A stretch of DNA of 11,909 bases from Campylobacterales bacterium (GCA_038205935.1 JBBRBK010000058.1:1-11909), one strand, 5' to 3'; shown: positions 1-8,558, counted from the stretch's first letter. Made by a program: numbers and translations. Notes: generated from the letters alone by a model not told the origin.

Positions 1-16
1 ATTAATAAAAGATGAG

Positions 17-22
17 TATAAT
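17..22 (+). promoter_or_regulatory. Putative sigma70 -10 box (TATAAT) for the lipoprotein gene
   Basis: Perfect TATAAT at 17-22 with AT-rich upstream sequence; AGGAG RBS at 40-44; ATG at 53. Confidence 0.55.
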
Positions 23-52
23 TTCTAATACTCAATAACAGGAGCGTTATTT

Positions 53-637
53 ATGATAAAAAATATTAAGATACTAGCAATGGCAGCGGTTGTGGCTGTG
101 ATAGTAGTTGGTTGTAGTAAAACTCCGCATGCTGTGCAAGATGCTACGGATTTCCGCTGTATGCAAGATGGCATACTTGCTCCAAAATGGACATGCAATC
201 CTCAAAGTTATGAAGCTGGCTCTATCGTTGGTTTAGGAAGTGCGCCTGTAAGTAAAGCGGGTGCCAACTTCACAAGAAACAATGCGATAGCAGAAGCTCG
301 TAATGATCTGGCATTTCAGATCGAAACTGAGGTAAAAGCAAAAGTTGAACACTTTGTACGGGGAACTGGTGTTTCAAGCCAAGAGGTTGTTGATAGTGTT
401 GCGACTCAAGTTTCAAAACAACTCGCACATGTAACCTTAAATGGCTCTAAACAGTTAGAATTCTGGCAAACACCATCTACTGTTTTTGTCCTTGTCGGAG
501 TTTCAAACGATATTATCAATAAAGAAGCAAAAAAAGAGATCGTAAATAGTGCTCATAACAATCAAGATGCGCTTTGGCAACAATTCCAATCCAAACAAGC
601 TTTAGATGGACTTGATAAAGAGTTTCCAACTAAATAA
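53..637 (+). CDS. LPP20-family lipoprotein (194 aa)
   Basis: Basic N-terminus, hydrophobic stretch and lipobox VVG-C21. 'GLGSA...A.AEARNDLAFQIETEVKA' and 'QVSKQLAHVTLNGS' resemble the LPP20 family. AGGAG RBS. Confidence 0.8.
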   Translation: MIKNIKILAMAAVVAVIVVGCSKTPHAVQDATDFRCMQDGILAPKWTCNPQSYEAGSIVGLGSAPVSKAGANFTRNNAIAEARNDLAFQIETEVKAKVEHFVRGTGVSSQEVVDSVATQVSKQLAHVTLNGSKQLEFWQTPSTVFVLVGVSNDIINKEAKKEIVNSAHNNQDALWQQFQSKQALDGLDKEFPTK

Positions 638-638
638 T

Positions 639-674
639 AAGAGTAGTTTTCATACTACTCTTCCTCTATTTTTT
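639..674 (+). terminator. Probable intrinsic terminator after the lipoprotein gene
   Basis: AAGAGTAGT (639-647), 6-nt loop, ACTACTCTT (654-662), followed by a pyrimidine/T-rich tract. Confidence 0.55.
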
Positions 675-702
675 CCCCTTTGAGAGTTGAGCTCTCTTTT
701 TC

Positions 703-710
703 GCTATAAT
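703..710 (+). promoter_or_regulatory. Putative -10 box (GCTATAAT) for der
   Basis: TATAAT at 705-710 preceded by Gn, as is typical of Campylobacterota promoters; lies downstream of the terminator. Confidence 0.5.
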
Positions 711-805
711 TACACGAAATATTTAACTTCAAAAAAAACATTTTTACAAATCGTTTCATTTTTACAGTTTATAAAAATGTTTTGAATCACACACAAAGAG
801 ATACC

Positions 806-2272
806 ATGAAAAAAATTGCAATTATTGGTCAGCCAAATGTAGGGAAAAGCTCACTGTTTAACCGTTTGCTTAAAAAACGCGATGCTATCACATCTGAAGA
901 AGCAGGTACAACGCGTGACGTCAAACGTCGTATTGCACTTATCTTAGATAAACAAGCCGAACTTCTCGACACTGGCGGACTTGACAAAGGGTGTGAGCTT
1001 TTTGACAAGATCAAAGAAAAATCTTTAGAAGCGGCACACAAAGCGGACATCATTTTATATATGGTTGATGGAAAAACTCTTCCTGATGAAAATGATAAAA
1101 AACTTTTTTACCAACTTCAATCTTTAGGTAAAGAGGTTTCTCTTGTCGTCAATAAAATAGACAACGACAGCATGAAAGAAAAACTCTGGGATTATTACGA
1201 GTTTGGAACTGACGATATTTTTGGTATCTCCGTTTCACATAACCGTAGCATCAATCCTCTTATAGAGTGGCTCTATAATCGCATTCCTGATGAAGATAAG
1301 ATAGTTGTCGGTGAAGAGATTGAAGATGAGAATGATGAGTTTGAACCGACTGTTTATGATTATGTTCCAGAAGATGAAGATGATGAAGATGGTTTTGTAG
1401 ATTTTGACGAAGAGGATGTCGAAGATGACTCTATCTTTGGTATGAATGACATGATCAAAGAGTTTAATCCTGAAGATCTAAACCACATCAAGATCGCGAT
1501 CATCGGGCGTGTGAATGTCGGGAAAAGCTCACTTTTAAATGCCCTCCTTAAAGAAGACCGTTCAGTTGTCAGCAGTGTTGCTGGAACTACGATCGACCCG
1601 ATTGATGAGAGTGTAGATTATCAAGGCAAGACATTGACTTTTGTCGATACAGCCGGAATCCGCCGTCGTGGAAAAATACTTGGCATTGAAAAATTTGCTC
1701 TTATGAGAACAGAAGAGATGCTTGAGAGCGCAAATATGGCACTTGTCGTACTTGATGCGTCAAACCCTTTTATAGATCTTGATGAAAAGATTGCTGGACT
1801 TGTAGATAAAAACCGTCTTGGTTGTATCATCGTTTTAAATAAATGGGATGTGGCTAATCGTGAAGATTATGACAAAGTGATCCAAGAGGTTCGTGATAGA
1901 TTTAAATTCCTTCATTATGCGCCTATTATAACGATCTCGGCAAAAAGCCATCTTCGTGTTAACAAGCTTCTTGATATGATTTTAGAGATCAACGAGAACT
2001 ATTCTCAACGTATTACGACATCTCAGCTAAACGAAGTTCTAGGGCGTGCAATGCGCCGTCACCAACTGCCTTCAATGCATGGACAGATCATCCGTATCTA
2101 CTATGCAACACAGTATGAAACAAGACCACCGAGAATCGCGCTTATCATGAATAAACCGCGCGGTCTTCACTTTACATATAGAAGATATCTTACAAACAAA
2201 CTTCGTGAAGCATTTAACTTTAGTGGAGTTCCAGTACTGTTTAAAGCGAAAAAGCGCGGCGGGGGAAAATAA
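806..2272 (+). CDS. der: Ribosome biogenesis GTPase Der (EngA), 488 aa
   Basis: Two GTPase domains (GQPNVGKS/DTGG/NKID and GRVNVGKS/DTAG/NKWD), an acidic linker and a C-terminal KH-like domain. ATG at 806 (MKKIAIIG, AAAGAG upstream) is preferred over the track's TTG at 782. Confidence 0.97.
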   Translation: MKKIAIIGQPNVGKSSLFNRLLKKRDAITSEEAGTTRDVKRRIALILDKQAELLDTGGLDKGCELFDKIKEKSLEAAHKADIILYMVDGKTLPDENDKKLFYQLQSLGKEVSLVVNKIDNDSMKEKLWDYYEFGTDDIFGISVSHNRSINPLIEWLYNRIPDEDKIVVGEEIEDENDEFEPTVYDYVPEDEDDEDGFVDFDEEDVEDDSIFGMNDMIKEFNPEDLNHIKIAIIGRVNVGKSSLLNALLKEDRSVVSSVAGTTIDPIDESVDYQGKTLTFVDTAGIRRRGKILGIEKFALMRTEEMLESANMALVVLDASNPFIDLDEKIAGLVDKNRLGCIIVLNKWDVANREDYDKVIQEVRDRFKFLHYAPIITISAKSHLRVNKLLDMILEINENYSQRITTSQLNEVLGRAMRRHQLPSMHGQIIRIYYATQYETRPPRIALIMNKPRGLHFTYRRYLTNKLREAFNFSGVPVLFKAKKRGGGK

Positions 2273-2315
2273 GGCTTTATCAAAAAGCCTTGAGAAAAAC
2301 GCTTACATGTAAGCG
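2271..2315. terminator. Hairpin plus 16-bp palindrome between convergent der and hemJ; possible bidirectional terminator region
   Basis: AAGGCTTT (2271-2278) / AAAGCCTT (2284-2291) stem, then the perfect palindrome CGCTTACATGTAAGCG (2300-2315). No clear U-tract. Confidence 0.4.
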
Positions 2316-2338
2316 GGCCTCTGGGTATAAAGACAAAA

Positions 2339-2782
2339 TTAAAATGGTTTAATAACAACCATTGCTACAATTAAAAGTAGTAAAACTGTCGGAACTTCAT
2401 TATAAAATCTAAAAAACTTTCCACTTTTCTTACATGTACCAGCTTCTAACTTTTTACGAATAGACCCTAAAGAGATAAAGTAAGCTACTAAAAATGCAAC
2501 AAAAAGAAGCTTTGCATGTAACCATCCGCCTGTGTGAAAAAGATTAATCTCATACTCTGTCATTGAAAGATAAATGATCGCAGCACCGCTTAAGATGGTT
2601 GCCCACATAGCTGGAATTCCAATATATTTATAGAGTTTATATTCCATAACTTTTACAACTTTTAAAAAGCCACTATTTTCTTCATGTTCTTTGTGATACA
2701 CAAAAAGACGTGGCAGATAAAAAATAGCCGCAAACCAAGATACAAATGACGCAACGTGAAACCAAACAACCCAATTATACAT
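2339..2782 (-). CDS. hemJ: Protoporphyrinogen IX oxidase HemJ (147 aa)
   Basis: Motifs 'Y.WV..FHV...VSWFA..FYLPRLFVYH', 'GWLHAKL', 'FFRFYNEVPT' and C-terminal 'VVIKPF'; four hydrophobic segments. Confidence 0.93.
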   Translation of the reverse strand: MYNWVVWFHVASFVSWFAAIFYLPRLFVYHKEHEENSGFLKVVKVMEYKLYKYIGIPAMWATILSGAAIIYLSMTEYEINLFHTGGWLHAKLLFVAFLVAYFISLGSIRKKLEAGTCKKSGKFFRFYNEVPTVLLLLIVAMVVIKPF

Positions 2783-2800
2783 AAGTGTTTTCCTTATATT

Positions 2801-3406
2801 TTAGAAATTTTTCTCTATATAGACAGCATCATAGTTTGAACCGCCATGCCTTACATTGTTGATAAGTCCAAAGATACCCGAACGGTGTTTAATCACAACG
2901 CCTAAATAAACATCATAGAGAGGCTGATATCGCACAAGTCTCCCTACATCAACATCCAAACTCACTTCCAAATAATTTAAGTAATGAGAGAGGTTTCCCC
3001 CTTTTTTTTCAGATTCAAGTTTTTCAACATAAAGAGTACCATATGTGTATGAAGCACCTTCAGCAACTCCAAAACGAACTCTGTTTTGCAAAAAATCAAA
3101 ATCATAATACCCTTTGATATAAAGTGTATTTTCATACACATCATTGCCATAGCCATTTTCTAAAAATTTTGAAAAACCACCTTTGATATAGATATCAAAA
3201 GGCAAATCAAACGCATCATCAATTATTTTATACCCAGCATCAACCATTATAACGCGTGTGTCTGATGGGTGTAGATGGACTTGACCAATTGCGACGTAAG
3301 CAAGATCATTTGCATCTGAACGACCATAAGCGACACGAAGATCATAATCATTTTGAGCAAAGAGATTTACAGTAAAAAGAGAAAGAAGAAGAAAAAGTTT
3401 TTTCAT
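2801..3406 (-). CDS. Putative outer-membrane beta-barrel protein (201 aa) with HRSGIFG...GGSNY motif
   Basis: Sec signal peptide (MKKLFLLLSLFTVNLFA), Tyr/Gly-rich alternating strands and terminal Y-x-x-x-x-F (YIEKNF) BAM-type signal; AGGCGG RBS. Confidence 0.7.
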   Translation of the reverse strand: MKKLFLLLSLFTVNLFAQNDYDLRVAYGRSDANDLAYVAIGQVHLHPSDTRVIMVDAGYKIIDDAFDLPFDIYIKGGFSKFLENGYGNDVYENTLYIKGYYDFDFLQNRVRFGVAEGASYTYGTLYVEKLESEKKGGNLSHYLNYLEVSLDVDVGRLVRYQPLYDVYLGVVIKHRSGIFGLINNVRHGGSNYDAVYIEKNF

Positions 3407-3411
3407 AATTA

Positions 3412-3439
3412 CCGCCTAAAAAGTTTAGGCGACATTATA
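3412..3439 (-). promoter_or_regulatory. Internal -10 box (TATAAT, 3434-3439) and 8-bp inverted repeat covering the RBS of the beta-barrel gene
   Basis: Minus strand reads GTATAATGT-CGCCTAAA-CTT-TTTAGGCG-GTAATT-ATG. Confidence 0.55.
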
Positions 3440-3440
3440 C

Positions 3441-3770
3441 TTAAATTTCAGCAAGCTCAACATCTTTAAGAGAGGTAGCTTTATGAGAAATCATTTTATC
3501 ATGGAGACGGCGAAGTGCTTTTGTTGTTCTCTCAATCGCAAGATCGATCGCAACGTCAAGATCGTCGTCACTTTGAGAAATAACAACAGGTTGCGCATGA
3601 GCGATATGTATCTCAAACTCTACGCTCACCCCTTTTTTTTCTTTTGTAATATTTACACTATAACTTGTTGTATCCAAGCCATATTTACGAAAAGTATCTA
3701 TCGCCGCATTAATATGCGCTTTTGCAGCGTCTGTCAATGTTACATCTTTTGCTCTAATTTGTACACTCAT
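3441..3770 (-). CDS. hpf: Ribosome hibernation promoting factor / RaiA (short form, 109 aa)
   Basis: N-terminal 'VQIRAKDVTLTDAAKAHI' and 'DDLDVAIDLAIERTTKALRRLHDK' match the HPF/YfiA (S30AE) fold pattern; AAGGATAGG RBS. Confidence 0.85.
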   Translation of the reverse strand: MSVQIRAKDVTLTDAAKAHINAAIDTFRKYGLDTTSYSVNITKEKKGVSVEFEIHIAHAQPVVISQSDDDLDVAIDLAIERTTKALRRLHDKMISHKATSLKDVELAEI

Positions 3771-3811
3771 AACCTATCCTTTTGAAGCACTTAATGCCTT
3801 TATTGGTCTAA

Positions 3812-3844
3812 AGAATAGCACAGCCAAACTGAATTGGATATAAT
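3812..3844. promoter_or_regulatory. Back-to-back divergent promoters for hpf (-) and trpS (+)
   Basis: Minus strand TGCTATTCT extended -10 (3812-3820); plus strand GATATAAT with TATAAT at 3839-3844. Confidence 0.5.
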
Positions 3845-3875
3845 TTCAGAAAAATAATTTGAAAATGGGAACTTT

Positions 3876-4841
3876 ATGAGACTTTTAACAGGAATTCAGC
3901 CATCAGGCGACCTTCATATAGGTAATTACTTTGGCTCTATCAAGCCTATGATTGATGAACAAGATACAAATGAGATATTTGCTTTTATCGCAAACTATCA
4001 TGCGATGACAAGTGTGAATGATGGAGAAAAACTAAAACAACTGACCATGCAAGCGGCAACTGATTTTTTAGCACTTGGTATGAATCCAAATAAATCTACA
4101 TTTTGGGTGCAGTCTGATGTGAAAGAGGTGCTTGAACTTTACTGGATACTTTCTTCTTTCACGCCGACTGGACTTTTGGAGCGTGCTCACAGTTATAAAG
4201 ATAAAACGGCACGTGGCTTTGCAACCACACACTCACTTTTTTCTTACCCTGTTTTGATGGCTGCAGATATTTTGCTTTTCTCGCCCGATATCGTTCCTGT
4301 TGGAAAAGACCAGATTCAACACGTTGAGATCGCGCGTGATATTGCCATCAAGTTTAACAACACTTACGGCGATATCCTAAAACTTCCAACGTACAGAGTC
4401 GATGAAAATGTTGCAACAGTTCCGGGCATAGACGGGCAAAAGATGTCAAAAAGTTACGGCAATACCGTTAATATTTTCGGCGAAGAAAAGCAACAGCAAA
4501 AAGTGATCAAAAAAATCGTGACTGAAAATGTTGCCATTGAAGAATCCAAAGAGTTTGAAGGATGTAACGTTTATAATATCGCAAAACTCTTCTTAGAAGA
4601 AAAAGAGCGCCTTGCTCTTCAAGAGCGTTATACAAAAGGTGGCGAAGGTCACGGACACTTCAAGCTTTATCTCTCAGAAGTGATTTGGGAGTATTACGCG
4701 CCTTACAGACAAAAACGCCAATACTATGAAACTCATCAAGATGAAGTACGCGATATCCTTCAAGCCGGCGCACAAAAAGCAAGAATTGCAGCAGCACAGA
4801 CAATAGAAAAAATACGTTCAGCTGTAGGCATCAGCTACTAA
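3876..4841 (+). CDS. trpS: Tryptophan--tRNA ligase (321 aa)
   Basis: Class I motifs 'TGIQPSGDLHIGNY' and 'KMSKS', plus 'YPVLMAADILL' and 'VPVGKDQIQH'. Confidence 0.97.
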   Translation: MRLLTGIQPSGDLHIGNYFGSIKPMIDEQDTNEIFAFIANYHAMTSVNDGEKLKQLTMQAATDFLALGMNPNKSTFWVQSDVKEVLELYWILSSFTPTGLLERAHSYKDKTARGFATTHSLFSYPVLMAADILLFSPDIVPVGKDQIQHVEIARDIAIKFNNTYGDILKLPTYRVDENVATVPGIDGQKMSKSYGNTVNIFGEEKQQQKVIKKIVTENVAIEESKEFEGCNVYNIAKLFLEEKERLALQERYTKGGEGHGHFKLYLSEVIWEYYAPYRQKRQYYETHQDEVRDILQAGAQKARIAAAQTIEKIRSAVGISY

Positions 4842-4850
4842 GAGTCTCGC

Positions 4851-6401
4851 TTAATCGATAAAGAAAATCTCTTTATTGATAGCATCTATAAGTTTTTCTC
4901 CTACATGTAAAGAGATAATTCCGTGTTTGATAGATTCCTGCACGGAGTCTTTTTGTTTTAATAGTAATCTTTTCAAAGCCGTTTTAAACTCATACTCTTT
5001 TACCAGCGGATCTTTCGCCAACTCTTCTATCATCTCTTTTGCTTTGTCTATATCTTTTGTATTGTACTCGAGCAAAAGTTGATGCACTTGTTTTGAGATA
5101 AGCGCATTACTATGCATAACTTCAAGCTCCCTAAGTGCGCCATGAAGCGCGATAAGTTTCCCTTTTTCAAGTTCGTAGGTTTCCAAGTTTTTATCTCTTC
5201 CTCCAACGCTTAAAAGTTTAAGCAAGCCTCCCATAGAAAGTCCCTGAACGATAAGAGAGAACCCAACAACACCAAAAGTCATAATCAGGATAATCTCTCT
5301 AAACTCGTAAGCTTTTGGAATCGCAAGAGCCAAAGCCATAGCAAGCGCGCCTCTGACGCCGCCCCAGATAAAAACACCCTGCCACTTGAAACTGATGGGT
5401 TTATCGATCTTATTTACAATCGGTGTAAGTAGTAAAATAGAGACTGTTCTTCCCACTAAAACAGAAAAAATCGCTAAAAGAATATAATGAGAATTTTCAA
5501 AAAGGTTTACAAATCCCACCTCAAGTCCGATAATAAAAAAGACAACAGAGTTGATAACAAAAGCGATGTAATCCCAAAAATCTTTCACCGAAACTCTCGT
5601 CGTCGGGCTCATTCCTATCTTTGTGCCATATGTTCCCACCATCAAACCAGCGGCAATAACAGAAATAACTCCAGAAACCTCAAAATACTCCGCGACGATG
5701 TAGGAAAGATAGGTCAAAATAGTTGTCAACGTGATCTCGATCAAGTGATCATCTACAAGCGCAGTTATTTTTGAAAATGTAAGTCCTAAAATTGTGCCTA
5801 TTATAGCTCCTCCAAAAGCAACGATTACAAACTCTTGTATGCTATGAACCAGACTAAACTCACTATGTGTCACGATGGCTGACAAAACGATCCCATAGAT
5901 TACGACAGAAACACCATCATTAAGCAAGCTTTCTCCCTCTATGATAGATGAGAGTCTTTTTGGAACACCAAGCTGTTTAAAAATAGCAAGAACTGAGATC
6001 GGATCAGTCGAAGAGATAACCGCTCCAAAGAGCAGACATGCAAGCAGAGGTATTGCGCCCATGCCAAAAAGGGAAAAAGCACTATCAAGCATAAAAGCAG
6101 TCACAAATACAGCGATAATCACGCCAATAACAGCATAAAGCAAGATAGGTTTGATGTTTTCTTTAAGTTCGATGGCATTGAGATTGAAAGCGGCCTCAAA
6201 AAGAAGCGGAGGAAGAAGAACATGAAAGATAAGCTCTGGCGTAAGGTGGATATCGGGAAAGATATCAAAAAAACTGAGGATGATGCCAGCAAAGATGAGC
6301 GCGATGGTATAAGGTAATTTACTAAAATACCTTACGCCCATCGCAACTGAGATAATTGCCATAAAAAGAACGACAATTTCGATTTCGAACGAAGATTGCA
6401 C
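4851..6401 (-). CDS. Na+/H+ antiporter, CPA1 (NhaP/NhaG-like), 516 aa
   Basis: Motifs 'LLPPLLFEAA', 'STDPISVL', 'EGESLLNDG' and 'WGGVRGAL'; many TM segments and a soluble C-terminal tail; GTG start with AAAGGAG RBS. Confidence 0.93.
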   Translation of the reverse strand: MQSSFEIEIVVLFMAIISVAMGVRYFSKLPYTIALIFAGIILSFFDIFPDIHLTPELIFHVLLPPLLFEAAFNLNAIELKENIKPILLYAVIGVIIAVFVTAFMLDSAFSLFGMGAIPLLACLLFGAVISSTDPISVLAIFKQLGVPKRLSSIIEGESLLNDGVSVVIYGIVLSAIVTHSEFSLVHSIQEFVIVAFGGAIIGTILGLTFSKITALVDDHLIEITLTTILTYLSYIVAEYFEVSGVISVIAAGLMVGTYGTKIGMSPTTRVSVKDFWDYIAFVINSVVFFIIGLEVGFVNLFENSHYILLAIFSVLVGRTVSILLLTPIVNKIDKPISFKWQGVFIWGGVRGALAMALALAIPKAYEFREIILIMTFGVVGFSLIVQGLSMGGLLKLLSVGGRDKNLETYELEKGKLIALHGALRELEVMHSNALISKQVHQLLLEYNTKDIDKAKEMIEELAKDPLVKEYEFKTALKRLLLKQKDSVQESIKHGIISLHVGEKLIDAINKEIFFID

Positions 6402-6424
6402 TGCAAATCTCCTTTATCATAAAT

Positions 6425-7612
6425 TTAAAACTGTACAGATACTTTGGCAATCGCCATTTTTTGTGACCAGATCGGTTCTTTCAGTTGAAGCAGATCTCTT
6501 ACTTCATCATTTACTAGTCTATATGATACAGATATAACTGCACCATTTGCATTTTTGTCAAGTTTGACTCTCAGAGTTTTTTCACCCTTAGCCGGCACTG
6601 ACTCATCAGATGAAGATGTTTCAGCAGTGTGTGCTATTGTAGCCCTTTTGTATTTGTTTTGGTAGTGTCTTGTTAATGAGGTAGAGTCTTGTGAAACAAC
6701 TTTATTGGCACTTGTGTAAGCTACCTCTATCAAAATCTCACGTGAACCAAATCCACTTGGCAAATTATGCGGAAGATCATTTTTAAGGCTTATGAGCAAA
6801 TCATTTCCATCTTTTTTTGCGCTTACATGTAAGGCATTTTTCCACATTGAGGCAGTATGTGCTCCACTAAATCCATGATCTCTAATAGAGCGTTTTTTCG
6901 GTTTTCCATGATCGATTCTAAGTGTTGCGGCATAGAGTTCTTTTTTCTCACCCATATGACAAGTCACACATTTTTGATCATCATTTTTGTACTCAGCCTG
7001 CATATTGGTAAAAGTATCACCTTTGAGTGTGTGATCATTTGCATGACATACAAAACAGAGCTGATTTGGATCTTTATCCATAAAGTCTCTCTGCTGTGTT
7101 TTATGATATGGAGAAGTCGCATCGCTAAATGGTCCGCTCATTACGCCTGATTTCAGCCATGAGACTCTATCCATTCCTCTTTTAGAGGCATCAAGATTGT
7201 TATGGATTTGATCTATATTGTGACATACCACACAGTTGATTCCCTCGCTGATGCTCATGTCGTTGACAGCTTTATTCACTTTTGAGTTTTTATCAAGCCC
7301 TAAAACAGCATCGATCTCATAAGCTTTACTTGTACTCGTCACTGCAATACGTGGATTGTGGCAAGTGGCACATTCTACTTTGACACCATTTAAACTTTTG
7401 TGGGATTTTTTACTGACATATTCGAGCGATGCACGGAAATACTCATCATTTTTTTCATATGAGCGTGCATGCCAAGAGTGTTGCCAATCTTTTACAAGAT
7501 GATTATGACAAGCTTGGCACTGTGAAGAGTCTTTGTACTTTTCTGTGATGGCAACCACTTCTGCCGAATAAACAGACGAAATAAATAACGCTACAAATAT
7601 CAGAATTTTCAT
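6425..7612 (-). CDS. Exported pentaheme c-type cytochrome (c554-like multiheme domain plus heme-free C-terminal domain), 395 aa
   Basis: Signal peptide and five CXXCH motifs (CQACH, CATCH, CVVCH, CFVCH, CVTCH); GAAGGGG RBS. Confidence 0.88.
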   Translation of the reverse strand: MKILIFVALFISSVYSAEVVAITEKYKDSSQCQACHNHLVKDWQHSWHARSYEKNDEYFRASLEYVSKKSHKSLNGVKVECATCHNPRIAVTSTSKAYEIDAVLGLDKNSKVNKAVNDMSISEGINCVVCHNIDQIHNNLDASKRGMDRVSWLKSGVMSGPFSDATSPYHKTQQRDFMDKDPNQLCFVCHANDHTLKGDTFTNMQAEYKNDDQKCVTCHMGEKKELYAATLRIDHGKPKKRSIRDHGFSGAHTASMWKNALHVSAKKDGNDLLISLKNDLPHNLPSGFGSREILIEVAYTSANKVVSQDSTSLTRHYQNKYKRATIAHTAETSSSDESVPAKGEKTLRVKLDKNANGAVISVSYRLVNDEVRDLLQLKEPIWSQKMAIAKVSVQF

Positions 7613-7637
7613 ATAAACCCCTTCGTTTACTTAGATT

Positions 7638-8558
7638 TTATCTTTGACGATCAAGCCAAACCATAAGCCCTTTTTGTGCATGTAAACGGTTTTCAGCTTC
7701 ATCAAAAACGATATTTGCATGCCCTTCTAAAACTGAATCACTCACTTCTTGACCTCTATATGCAGGAAGACAGTGTAAAAATTGAGCTTTTTTTGCAGCT
7801 AGACACATCATCAAATCATCTACCATATATCCTGCAAATGCTTTAATGCGCTCCTCTTTTTCATCCTCTTGTCCCATTGATGCCCAAGTATCAGTAGTGA
7901 CGATAGTCGCTCCACGTATCGCTTCTTGAGGATCATTGGAGATAAAGATCTTTCCTCCGCTTAGTTTTGCAAGTGCATACGTTTCTTCTAGGATTTTAGA
8001 GTCTACTTCATATCCAACAGGTGTTGCGATGCGCAGTTCAAATCCAAGCTTTGCAGCTAACATCATCCATGAATGTGTCATATTGTTTCCATCACCTATA
8101 TAAGCAACTTTTGCACCCTCAGCCACGCCATATTCTATCATCGTCATATAATCAGCCAAAAGCTGTACTGGATGATAAGAATCAGTCAGACCATTAATAA
8201 CGGGGACTTTTGAGTAAGAAGCAAACTCTTCGAGTTTTGAGTGTTCAAAAGTTCGGATCATAACCATGTCACACATGCTTGAGATGACGCGCGCCGTATC
8301 TTTGACAGGCTCACCGCGTCCAAGATGGATATCACGGTTTGACAAAAAGAGTCCATGTCCGCCAAGCTGATAAATACCTGTTTCAAAACTTACACGTGTT
8401 CTTGTAGAACTTTTTTCAAAGATCATTGCCAAAGTTTTTTTTGGCATGTAATCTTTATGAATTCCATTTTTCAAATCTTTTTTTATCGCAAGCCCAAGGT
8501 CTATAATCTCTAAAATTTCTTCTTTTGTAAAATCTTTAAGTGTTAAAAAATGTCTCAT
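7638..8558 (-). CDS. argF: Ornithine carbamoyltransferase (306 aa)
   Basis: Motifs 'FEKSSTRTR', 'HPVQ', 'GDGNN', 'DTWASMG', 'HCLP' and 'AENRLH'; AAAGGA RBS. Confidence 0.97.
   Translation of the reverse strand: MRHFLTLKDFTKEEILEIIDLGLAIKKDLKNGIHKDYMPKKTLAMIFEKSSTRTRVSFETGIYQLGGHGLFLSNRDIHLGRGEPVKDTARVISSMCDMVMIRTFEHSKLEEFASYSKVPVINGLTDSYHPVQLLADYMTMIEYGVAEGAKVAYIGDGNNMTHSWMMLAAKLGFELRIATPVGYEVDSKILEETYALAKLSGGKIFISNDPQEAIRGATIVTTDTWASMGQEDEKEERIKAFAGYMVDDLMMCLAAKKAQFLHCLPAYRGQEVSDSVLEGHANIVFDEAENRLHAQKGLMVWLDRQR

Noticed and set aside
782..805. TTG start for der at 782
   Set aside because: ATG at 806 has a purine-rich RBS and gives the usual MKKIAIIG N-terminus.
829..2358. Antisense ORFs 829-1053, 1621-1830 and 2167-2358 (-)
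   Set aside because: They shadow der on the opposite strand, with no RBS or family motifs.
3483..3785. 100-aa + strand ORF opposite hpf
   Set aside because: Antisense shadow with implausible Cys/Phe-rich composition.
3815..3832. Possible sigma54 promoter upstream of hpf (TTGGCTGTGC on the minus strand)
   Set aside because: The GG-to-GC spacing is 4 nt, not the required 10.
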